Below are positions 54,663 to 62,720 of a DNA stretch of 64,000 nucleotides, piece by piece (within the stretch, counting starts at the first letter, position 1; each line of letters starts with the position of its first letter). The notes under the pieces were generated by a model. The model was not told where the DNA came from. It made no database searches and saw only the letters and a program-made list of their open reading frames with translations. Position numbers and translations under genes: made by a program. Location of the stretch: contig OZ241907.1 of the NCBI GenBank assembly GCA_965203515.1, forward strand, positions 1,888,001 through 1,952,000, read 5' to 3'. The DNA is from Spirochaetia bacterium (GTDB taxonomy: Bacteria > Spirochaetota > Spirochaetia > SZUA-6 > Bin103).

Positions 54663-55991
54663 ATGTACAATCATGCTTCCGACGGGGCCGTCACCACTAC
54701 CGTATCCGCCCTCTCAGACGACCGCTTGCTGGAGCAAACCAAGGAACTTTCCGGCATCGAACACCATCTCGAAGTGGTCGTGATCGACCACCTGCGCGAG
54801 ATTCAGAAGCGTCGCCTGTATCTGCGCCGCGGGTTCTCGAGCCTGTTCGACTACGCGGTGCGCGAGCTGGGTTACAGCGACGCCGCGGCGTGGCGGCGCA
54901 TCAAGGCGATGCGGCTCTGCGCGGAGGTCGACGGCGTGCGCGAGCGCCTGCAGGATGGCTCGATGACGCTGAACGCGGCCGCGCAGTTGCAGAACGCCTT
55001 CGACCGGCAGGAGCGCAAGAAGGAACGGGCGGCGCGTAGCGCGCCGCGCGGGGCCGGGTTCGGGGCTGGCGCTCAGTCGCAGGCCGGCTCAGCGCCGCCG
55101 CGGCCGGCGGAGCGGAAGCCGGCGCCGGTGCTGGACTCGGAGGCGCGGCGGGAGCTGGTGGAGCAGGCGTCCGGCAAGAGCAGCCGGGAGGTGATGCAGT
55201 TGCTGGCCGAGGTGGACCCGGAGCTGGCGGCGCCGGCGGAGCGGGTACGGTCCCTGGGCGGCGGGTGCTGGGAACTCAAGGCGGTGATCGACGATGAGTG
55301 CCGGCGGGGCTTGGAGCGGCTCCAGGGCCTCCTGTCCCACGTCGATCCGCATATGACGTTGGGGCAGCTCATGGCGCGGCTGGTGCGGGAAGGGCTCGAC
55401 CGCCACGATCCGGCCCGGCCGCCGCGCGGGCGGCGCGCCGCGCCGGCCAAAGGAGCCGAGCAAACTTCGGCGGCGAAGACGCAGGCGACCTCGGCTCGCG
55501 GCGCAGACAGCGCCGCTCCTTCGGCGGCGAAGGTATCGGCTCAGGCGCCGGCGGAGCCGGGAGAGGAAGCCGCTGACCGCCCGGACACTTCGGCAGCGAA
55601 GCCGGCGACCGACGCCACTTCGGCGCCGAAGACGCGGCGCCTCGGCCGGCAGGCTGCGACGGCGGGCGTGGCGCGGGCTGCGCCGCCAGCGCGGACCGAG
55701 ACTTCGGCAGCGAAGGCCGGCGGCGTGACCGGCCGCGCCATCCCGGCGGCAGTCAAGCGCGAGGTCTGGCGGCGCGACCGGGGCCGCTGTCGCTACGTGG
55801 ACCGCACCAGCGGGCGCCGCTGCGGCTCCCAACACCTGCTGCAGATCGATCACGTCGTGCCGTATGCCTGCGGCGGCGCCGCCGAGCCGAACAATCTCCG
55901 GCTGCTGTGCGCCGCCCATCACCGCTACCGCCACGCCGGCGCCGGATTCGGCCGCCCCGGCGAGGATCGTGAGGCGCCCGTAGACCGGTGA
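54663..55991 (+). CDS. HNH endonuclease with N-terminal helical (DUF222-like) domain and low-complexity TSAAK linker
   Basis: RRLYLRRGFSSLFDYAVRELGYS; C-terminal RDRGRC..QIDHVVP..GG..NNLRLLCAAHH. Confidence 0.88.
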   Translation: MYNHASDGAVTTTVSALSDDRLLEQTKELSGIEHHLEVVVIDHLREIQKRRLYLRRGFSSLFDYAVRELGYSDAAAWRRIKAMRLCAEVDGVRERLQDGSMTLNAAAQLQNAFDRQERKKERAARSAPRGAGFGAGAQSQAGSAPPRPAERKPAPVLDSEARRELVEQASGKSSREVMQLLAEVDPELAAPAERVRSLGGGCWELKAVIDDECRRGLERLQGLLSHVDPHMTLGQLMARLVREGLDRHDPARPPRGRRAAPAKGAEQTSAAKTQATSARGADSAAPSAAKVSAQAPAEPGEEAADRPDTSAAKPATDATSAPKTRRLGRQAATAGVARAAPPARTETSAAKAGGVTGRAIPAAVKREVWRRDRGRCRYVDRTSGRRCGSQHLLQIDHVVPYACGGAAEPNNLRLLCAAHHRYRHAGAGFGRPGEDREAPVDR

Positions 55992-56051
55992 TCATAGGGC
56001 TTGGCCGTCAAGCGGCCTGACGCTTACCTACATTTTTGGAAATGCGCCCGC

Positions 56052-56106
56052 GCCGGACCGCGGCATGGTGGCACGCGCTCCCCACGCTGACCACTGCGTA
56101 AATTGC
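56052..56106 (+). repeat. Imperfect direct repeat right of the HNH gene
   Basis: gccggaccgcggcatggtggcacgcgctccccacgctgaccactgcgtaaattgc. Confidence 0.85.
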
Positions 56107-56158
56107 CGCCTCGGTTGCCTCGCCGGGCCGTCGATGAACATCTGTCATGATGCTACCC

Positions 56159-56431
56159 ATGCGAACGACGTTGACCCTGGAAGATGATCTGGCCGCTGCG
56201 CTCAAGGAGAGGGCCGGCAGGTTTGGTCTCTCCTTCAAGCAAGTGGTGAACCAGACGATTCGGCAAGGGCTGGGGCAGCCATCCGCAGGACCCGGCGATC
56301 CGCCGAAAACCCGGCCGCATCGCTTTGGCTTCCGGCCGGGAGTCGACCTCGACAAGCTCAACCATCTGGTCGATGAGTTGGAGGCGGACGCGTTCGCCGC
56401 GCGCCATAACCAGGAGACCGGACTCGTTTGA
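56159..56431 (+). CDS. vapB: VapB-like RHH antitoxin
   Basis: MRTTLTLEDDLAAAL..SFKQVVNQTIRQGL; overlaps a PIN-toxin start. Confidence 0.8.
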   Translation: MRTTLTLEDDLAAALKERAGRFGLSFKQVVNQTIRQGLGQPSAGPGDPPKTRPHRFGFRPGVDLDKLNHLVDELEADAFAARHNQETGLV

Positions 56432-56515
56432 TACTCCTGGACGTCAACCTGCTCGTCCCATGCCCACAACGCCGACTCGCCGGTTCACGGTGGCGCAATC
56501 CGCTGGGCGGCTGAC
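56428..56515 (+). pseudogene. vapC: VapC PIN toxin remnant (frameshifted and truncated)
   Basis: TTG ILLDVNLLV, extra C at 56457-56459, then HAHNADSPVH; similarity ends near 56500. Confidence 0.7.
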
Positions 56516-56571
56516 GGGTCGGCCGGGTCGGCCAGGTTGTTGACGCTCGTTTCGTCAGTTGAACTGATATA

Positions 56572-57738
56572 TTGCGTCCCATTGTGTCAGAAGTACTGAG
56601 ATTCTTCGACCATCCGGCCGGCAGCTACTTCCTGTTCGGCCCGCGCGGCACCGGCAAGTCGACGTGGCTGCGCGCGGCGTACCCGGATGCGGCCTGGATC
56701 GACCTCCTGGACGCGGAAGCCGAGCGCAACTACTCCGCCCGGCCGGAACGGCTGCGGGAGTTCGTGCGGGCCAACGCCGGGCGGGGGACCATCGTCATCG
56801 ACGAGGTCCAGCGCGTCCCGCAGCTCCTCCCGGTGGTGCACCAGCAGATGGAGCTCGACCGGTCGCTCCGCTTCGTCATGACCGGCTCCAGTGCCCGGAA
56901 GCTGCGGCGCGAAGGGGTCGATCTGCTGGCGGGCCGGGCGGTGCGGTGCACGATGCACCCCTTCATGGCCGCCGAATTAGGTGCGCGGTTCGACCTGGAC
57001 CGGAGCCTGGCGCTCGGCATGGTGCCGCTGGTGGTCACCGCGGCCGCGCCGGAGCGCACCCTGCGCGGGTACATCGACCTGTACCTGCAACAGGAGGTGA
57101 AGGCGGAAGGGCTGGTCCGGCGGCTCGACGACTTCAGCCGCTTCCTGGAGACGGCGTCGTTCTCGCACGGGCAGGTGCTCAACGTCGCCGCGGTGGCGCG
57201 CGAGTGCGTGGCCAGCCGCAATACGGTGGAGTCCTATCTCGGCATCCTGGAGGACCTGCTCATCGCCGTCCGGCTGCCGGTGTTCCGGCGCCGCGCCAAG
57301 CGCTCGCTGGCCGCGCATGCCAAGTTCTACTTCTTCGACTGCGGCATATTCCGCTCGTTGCGCCCCGCCGGGCCGCTCGATACGCGCACCGAGATGGCCG
57401 GGCCGGCGCTCGAAGGACTGGTCCTGCAGCACCTGCAGGCCTGGGTCGGCTACGGCAACGCCGATTGCCGCATCTACTTCTGGCGCACGCGGGGCGGCTC
57501 GGAGGTCGACTTCGTGCTCTACGGCGAGGCCGGGTTCCATGCCATCGAGGTGAAGAACAGCCGTTCGCTGCGGCCGCACGATCTGCGGGGGATCAGGACG
57601 TTCCATGCCGACTACCCGGAAGCGGCGCCGCTCCTGCTGTACCGGGGAGACGAGGCGCTGGAACGGGACGGCATCCGCTGCCTGCCGGTGGACCGATTCC
57701 TGACCGAGCTCACCCCGGGTCGGGAACTGCCGCGCTGA
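56572..57738 (+). CDS. AAA_14/DUF4143 ATPase
   Basis: GPRGTGKST, IDEVQ, TGSSARKL, KFYFFDCG, EVDF..IEVK; start may be GTG 56584. Confidence 0.9.
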   Translation: MRPIVSEVLRFFDHPAGSYFLFGPRGTGKSTWLRAAYPDAAWIDLLDAEAERNYSARPERLREFVRANAGRGTIVIDEVQRVPQLLPVVHQQMELDRSLRFVMTGSSARKLRREGVDLLAGRAVRCTMHPFMAAELGARFDLDRSLALGMVPLVVTAAAPERTLRGYIDLYLQQEVKAEGLVRRLDDFSRFLETASFSHGQVLNVAAVARECVASRNTVESYLGILEDLLIAVRLPVFRRRAKRSLAAHAKFYFFDCGIFRSLRPAGPLDTRTEMAGPALEGLVLQHLQAWVGYGNADCRIYFWRTRGGSEVDFVLYGEAGFHAIEVKNSRSLRPHDLRGIRTFHADYPEAAPLLLYRGDEALERDGIRCLPVDRFLTELTPGRELPR

Positions 57739-57913
57739 GAGGGCCGCCCTGCCGGAGCGCAGACGCGCCTGGGCGTAGCGCTGGCCGCCGGCGGGAAGCG
57801 CACGGCCCCCACTCCGGGAGCGCCGGGCGCGGTGGTAGTCTAGCCCATTGAGCTCGCCCATCGTCTCAGCAGTGCTGAATCGCCCCGCGCGCGGACCGCA
57901 GGCGGTCGTCGGC

Positions 57914-57942
57914 TTGCACGGAAGCGTCCGCAGTCGTACAAT
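57914..57942 (+). promoter_or_regulatory. Putative sigma70 promoter of the three-gene operon
   Basis: TTGCAC-17 bp-TACAAT, 13 bp before ATG 57956. Confidence 0.65.
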
Positions 57943-57955
57943 CGACACGTTGGCG

Positions 57956-58606
57956 ATGAAGCATGAGATTGAACTCCAGCAGCACTCCATCGTAGCCGTA
58001 GGCAATCTCAACCCCGCGATCTTTCAGCCGGCTTGGTTCGCCTCCGAAGGTCTCATCAGTCACCGCGAAGCTCAGGCGGCGGTGGAGGCGGGCGGCATGA
58101 TCAGCGCTCAGGACACTCTTTTCCAGGTGGACTGGCTACAGGTACGGGTCGTGCCGGATCGTTTTGTCGTTGCGACCCAGAACGAAGCGTATTATCGACA
58201 TCTGCACGACCTCGTTGCCGCCACATTCTCGAAACTGATTCATACTCCTGTCTTCTCCCTCGGGATCAACTACAGTTGCCATTATCCTCTCGACGACGCA
58301 CTGTGGCGCGACATCAGCGAAGACCTTGCGCCGACCGACCCGTGGTCGAACTTGTTGCACGCGCCACGCATGCGTAGCCTGACGATGCAGGGCGCACGAC
58401 CGTCGGGCCCCAAGGGATACGTGCAAATTACAGTAGAACCGTCGTTACGGGTCGAGAACGGCATGTACGTCGACATAAACAATCATTATGACCTGACCGA
58501 GGAAGCTCATGGATGTCGAGCGATGCTCCGCGTCTTAGACTCGAAATGGAACGGTACTTTCCAGGAGTATAAGACTGTAATCGACAGGATATATCAGGAT
58601 GTCTGA
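57956..58606 (+). CDS. Hypothetical protein (distant resemblance to the TIGR04255 family)
   Basis: SIVAVGNLNPAIFQPAWF, HTPVFSLGINY, VDINNHY; lower GC. Confidence 0.7.
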   Translation: MKHEIELQQHSIVAVGNLNPAIFQPAWFASEGLISHREAQAAVEAGGMISAQDTLFQVDWLQVRVVPDRFVVATQNEAYYRHLHDLVAATFSKLIHTPVFSLGINYSCHYPLDDALWRDISEDLAPTDPWSNLLHAPRMRSLTMQGARPSGPKGYVQITVEPSLRVENGMYVDINNHYDLTEEAHGCRAMLRVLDSKWNGTFQEYKTVIDRIYQDV

Positions 58607-59147
58607 ACACAACAGCGAGGCCCTGGCTACCTCGATATTTCAATATCGTGAACCAAGCAAGGGGCCTCCACCGCCCCGCATCTACGAACCTCCGCCAAGA
58701 ATCGACGAAGTCTTCAATGCTCAGGATGTCAATTCGTCGAAAGGAGATCAGCAGGCGGGTCATGTAGTTCACCGTTCATATGTGCATCCTGACAACATTC
58801 CGTTTCCGCAGCCGCGCAGCAACTTTCATACGCTCCAGGCCTGGGAAGGAGTCGTCACCGCCGTGGATGGAGAATCGTTCTCGGTCAAGCTCGTGGACCT
58901 GTCTGATGATGAACCGGATGAAGAAGCCGAAATCGACTTCGAGGAAGTGAGCGCCGATGAACGAGAACTCATAGCGGTCGGAGCCGTCTTTCTACTACAT
59001 GTCGGCTACGCGACCAGTGAGGGGGGGCAACGCAGCCGGACTTCGATTCTGCGGTTTCGACGCCTCCCGGTCTGGACCGAAACGGAGTTGGCAAGCGCCA
59101 GGAGCACTGCTCAGGAACAGGCCGAAACGATACGTTGGACGACGTAA
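58599..59147 (+). CDS. Hypothetical protein with acidic beta-rich C-terminal domain
   Basis: Overlaps both neighbours; LQAWEGVV..GAVFLLHVGY..RFRRLPVWT. Confidence 0.75.
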   Translation: MSEHNSEALATSIFQYREPSKGPPPPRIYEPPPRIDEVFNAQDVNSSKGDQQAGHVVHRSYVHPDNIPFPQPRSNFHTLQAWEGVVTAVDGESFSVKLVDLSDDEPDEEAEIDFEEVSADERELIAVGAVFLLHVGYATSEGGQRSRTSILRFRRLPVWTETELASARSTAQEQAETIRWTT

Positions 59148-60150
59148 CTCCGCCTGCTCCGAACGAGTTGGAGCTTACCCTCTTGGGACCGGGCTATGGG
59201 GAATGTTCCGTCATTCACCTTGGGCAAGGCGATTGGATCATTGTGGATTCCTGCGTAGATGATGAGGGCAATCCTGCAGCGCTTGGTTACCTGAACCAGA
59301 TCGGCGTCGATGCCGAAGCTGCCGTTCGCCTGATCATCGTTACCCACTGGCATGACGATCACGTCCGCGGAGTTGCACGAGTTGTCCGCGACTGTCCGCG
59401 CGCTGAGTTTGCGTGCCCGGCCGCATTTCGTACGAAGGAGTTCTTGACACTCGTCGCCGCGTATGCGGACGGCGCCATGATGCGTGAGACCGGTATTCAA
59501 GAGATGTCCGAGACCCTTGCGATCCTGCAGGACAGGAAAATGACGGTGCGATTGGCGTCCGAGAACAAACTGCTGCTACGAGATAGCGCTTGCGAGCTGT
59601 GGGCGCTGTCGCCGTCGGACGCATCGATCGCTTTGGCAATGCTACACCTTCATGCGCCTCGCCCCATGCAGGCGAAGACTGCCTTGCCGGCACCGATGCC
59701 GAATCACCTATCCGTCGCACTACTTGCCAAACTCGGAGACACCGCAATCCTGCTTGGCGGCGACGTCCTTCGCTTCGGCGACCGCGACCGAGGATGGTCG
59801 CGGATAGCGGACCTGTACACGAAGTATGGCCATCCGGTAGCGGACCTGGTGAAGATTCCGCATCATGGCTCTGCCGGAGCAGATTGCGACGAAATGTGTG
59901 AGGTGGTCCTGGTTGGTTGGACAGGTTGAGGGGCAGAATAAGGTGTACTCGGGTGGTTGCGCTACCCCTCGGTCGCTTCGCTTGCGAATGCGGCGGTAAG
60001 GCCGGGGTGCCGGGCGACCGGTCCGATCCTGTGGGATGGCGGTCGCCACTTCACACCCGCTCGTCTCGTAGACCGGCGTCAGCGCGGTCATCCGCCTCCT
60101 GTCCTGAATCAGCGGCCCTCCTCCTGTCTGGTGATTTCGTCGGTCCATCG

Positions 60151-61030
60151 CTACGCCGCCTGCTCGCTGGCCGCCGGCGTGCCGTCGTAGTACTGCGCCG
60201 GCGTGCGCCCGCCGAGCGCCGAGTGCGGCCGCTGCTCGTTGTAGAACGCCATCCACTGCCCGATCACCCGCCGCGCCGCCCTGCCGTCGGCCAACTCGTG
60301 CAGGTAGACCGCCTCGTACTTCAACGACCGCCACAGCCGCTCGATGAACACGTTGTCCATGCATCGGCGGCGGCCATCCATCGAGCACCGGATGCCGGCC
60401 GCCCGCAGCCGCTCGGTGAACGCCCGGCTCGTGAACTGCCTGCCCTGATCGGTGTTGAAGACCTGCGGCCGTCCGTACCGCCGCAGCGCCTCGTCGAGCG
60501 CCGCGAGGCAGAACGCGGTGTCCAGCGTGTTGCTCAGCCGCCACGCCAGCACCCGCCGACTCGCCCAGTCCATGACCGCCACCAGGTACAGATATCCTTC
60601 CTGCACCGGAATGTAGGTGATGTCGGCGCACCACACGTGGTTCGCCCGCTCGATGCTCAGGCCGCGCAGCAGATACGGGTACACGCAGTGTTCGGGATGC
60701 GCCGTGCTGGTGCGCGGCTTGCGGTAGATCGCCTCCAGGCCGAGCAGATGCATCAGCCGGCGGACCCGGTGGCGGCCGACCGTCACTTCCTCCTGTTCAA
60801 GATGGCGCGCCATCTGGCGGCTGCCGTAGAACGGGTAGCACAGGTACAACTGGTCGATGCGGCGCATCAGCGCCAAGGTCTCGGCGCTGTGGCCCTGCGG
60901 CGCGTAGTACAGCGTCGAGCGACTCATCGCCAGCAGCCGGCACTGCCGGCTGACGCTCAGGTGTTGGTGGGCTCGATCGACCATCGTGCGCCGTTGGTCG
61001 CGGCTCAACGAGCGAGCCCGCGCGCTAAAA
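60151..61030 (-). CDS. IS3 transposase OrfB (DDE integrase core)
   Basis: WCADITYI, FNTDQG, DNVFIERLWRSLKYE; joins OrfA by a -1 frameshift at TTTTTTA (61026-61032). Confidence 0.93.
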
Positions 61031-61289
61031 AATCGCGCTCCACGGTCAACTCGCCGATCTTGGCGTGCAGGTCGTGGATGATCGCTTCGTGATCGTCCTG
61101 CCGGCGCTTGGCGCCGGTGGCGAACAGGTCGTGCAAGCCGTCGACGGCCTGCCGCTTCCAGTCGCTGACTTGGTTGGGATGCACCGCGTGATCGGCGGCG
61201 ATCGCCTGAATCGTGCGGTCGCCGCTGAGCGCTTCGAGCGCCACGCGCGCTTTGAACTCGGCGGTGAATCGCCGCCGTTTCCTGGCCAT
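61005..61289 (-). CDS. IS3 transposase OrfA (HTH)
   Basis: MARKRRRFTAEFKARVALEAL..VHPNQVSDWK..LHAKIGELTVERDFL. Confidence 0.93.
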   Translation of the reverse strand: MARKRRRFTAEFKARVALEALSGDRTIQAIAADHAVHPNQVSDWKRQAVDGLHDLFATGAKRRQDDHEAIIHDLHAKIGELTVERDFLARGLAR

Positions 61290-61756
61290 CTGGTCGGCCC
61301 TCCTCAAGGCCTGGAGTACACCTTAGCAACCTGTCCAGTTTTCTAGGACCACCTCAGTGGGATCGGCTTTTGCGGGATCGACCGGTCGCCGCTTTGACCG
61401 CGTTCCGTCGAGGCGCCGTGGCGCTGCCCACTGCGGCGGACGTCACACGCATTTGCGAGAAATGTGCCGACGTATACCTCACGTCACAGCCCCGTCCGCG
61501 GAGGCCAAAAAAGCGCGATTCCGCCGTGGAAAAGAGCGTCGCCGATCTGCTTCGAAATCGACGACTTCGGTCACTGGAGCTTGGTCGAGTGACGCTGCGC
61601 TCCACCTCGAACCAGGGTATGCACTGGACTGCCCAACTTGCAGGACCCGCATGCCGTATGTGTCCAGGCTCTGTATGAATACCGTTCGGGTCACCGCACG
61701 AGGACCTTGAAAATCGATAGGTCAACTACCGATTTTCAAGAATGTCGGTACGAGCC

Positions 61757-62668
61757 CTATGCTGCCGGACGGTAGCGGCGGATGCCGCGCACCATCAAGC
61801 CCCAGTCGTCCTCGGTCTTTTCGGTGATCGGCGTCCGTTCGGCGCGTTGCCGGTCGGCGACGTTGGCCACGTCGATCACGCAGAAGTCGTCCGCGCGGCG
61901 ATAGCGCTGGATGAACACCGGCCGCGGCCGGTCCGAGCGGTTGTCCGGCGAGCCGTGGATCGTGCAGGTGTGGAAGATCACCGCATCTCCGGCCCGGCCC
62001 TCCACCGGCACGGCCCGTTCCCACCAGACCGGATCGCTGAGCGCGAAGCCGGCCCAGCGGTCGTCCTCGTGCCGGATCAGTCCCAGCTCATGCGATCCCG
62101 GTACCACGAACAGCGGCGCGTTGCCCATGTCCACGTCGACCGCGTAGCTGAGCACCGCGGTCGGGCTCTGCAGGCGGTGCTCGAAGTAGTACCCGTCCTG
62201 ATGCAGCGACTTGGGCACTCCGGTCCGGGGCTGCTTGTAGACGCACTGGCCCCACTTCCACAGCTCGATGTCCGGGCCGATCAGGGCGGCCAGCAGCTCC
62301 AACAGCTCCGGGTTGGCCAGCGAGCGCAGGAAGGCGCCGGAGATCATCGCGTTGAGCCGTAGCGTATTGACGACCATGCGTCCGGGATCGCCGGGGTCGG
62401 GATTGAACAGCGTTCCGTCCGGCGTCATCACCGCATTGGCGTGATGCGTCGCGACGACCGCCTCCGGCAGGAGCGCCTGACTCTGGTGCAGGATCGCCTC
62501 CATGTCCTGCAGCAGGGCCGGCACGTACGCGCCCGACAACCCGCGGATCACCACGGCGCCGTGCCGTCGATACGCCGCCGTCATGGCGGCCACGTCCACG
62601 CGCCCGGCCGTGAAGTCGAAGTCGTCGACGGACGTGGTTGAAGGCGCGAACGAGGCCGGCATCATCAT
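61757..62668 (-). CDS. PhyH-family dioxygenase
   Basis: LHQD, VPGSH, FHTCTIHGS. Confidence 0.88.
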   Translation of the reverse strand: MMMPASFAPSTTSVDDFDFTAGRVDVAAMTAAYRRHGAVVIRGLSGAYVPALLQDMEAILHQSQALLPEAVVATHHANAVMTPDGTLFNPDPGDPGRMVVNTLRLNAMISGAFLRSLANPELLELLAALIGPDIELWKWGQCVYKQPRTGVPKSLHQDGYYFEHRLQSPTAVLSYAVDVDMGNAPLFVVPGSHELGLIRHEDDRWAGFALSDPVWWERAVPVEGRAGDAVIFHTCTIHGSPDNRSDRPRPVFIQRYRRADDFCVIDVANVADRQRAERTPITEKTEDDWGLMVRGIRRYRPAA

Positions 62669-62720
62669 GGGCCATTCTACCTTGCTGCGTCGTGCGTTGC
62701 ACGACAAGCCGTCAATCGCG

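Larger units (their letters stand above)
59899..61356 (-). mobile_element. IS3-family insertion sequence (1458 bp)
   Basis: Terminal IRs TGAGGTGGTCCT..TGGACAGGTTG; TG..CA ends; 3-bp GTG duplication at 59896-59898 and 61357-61359. Confidence 0.95.
59135..61678 (+). pseudogene. ComEC/Rec2-like MBL-fold hydrolase interrupted by IS3 (59135-59898 + 61360-61678)
   Basis: THWHDDH, LLGGD, KIPHHGS; removing the IS and one GTG restores ..DEMWDRLLRDRPVAAL.. through to the stop at 61678. Confidence 0.88.
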
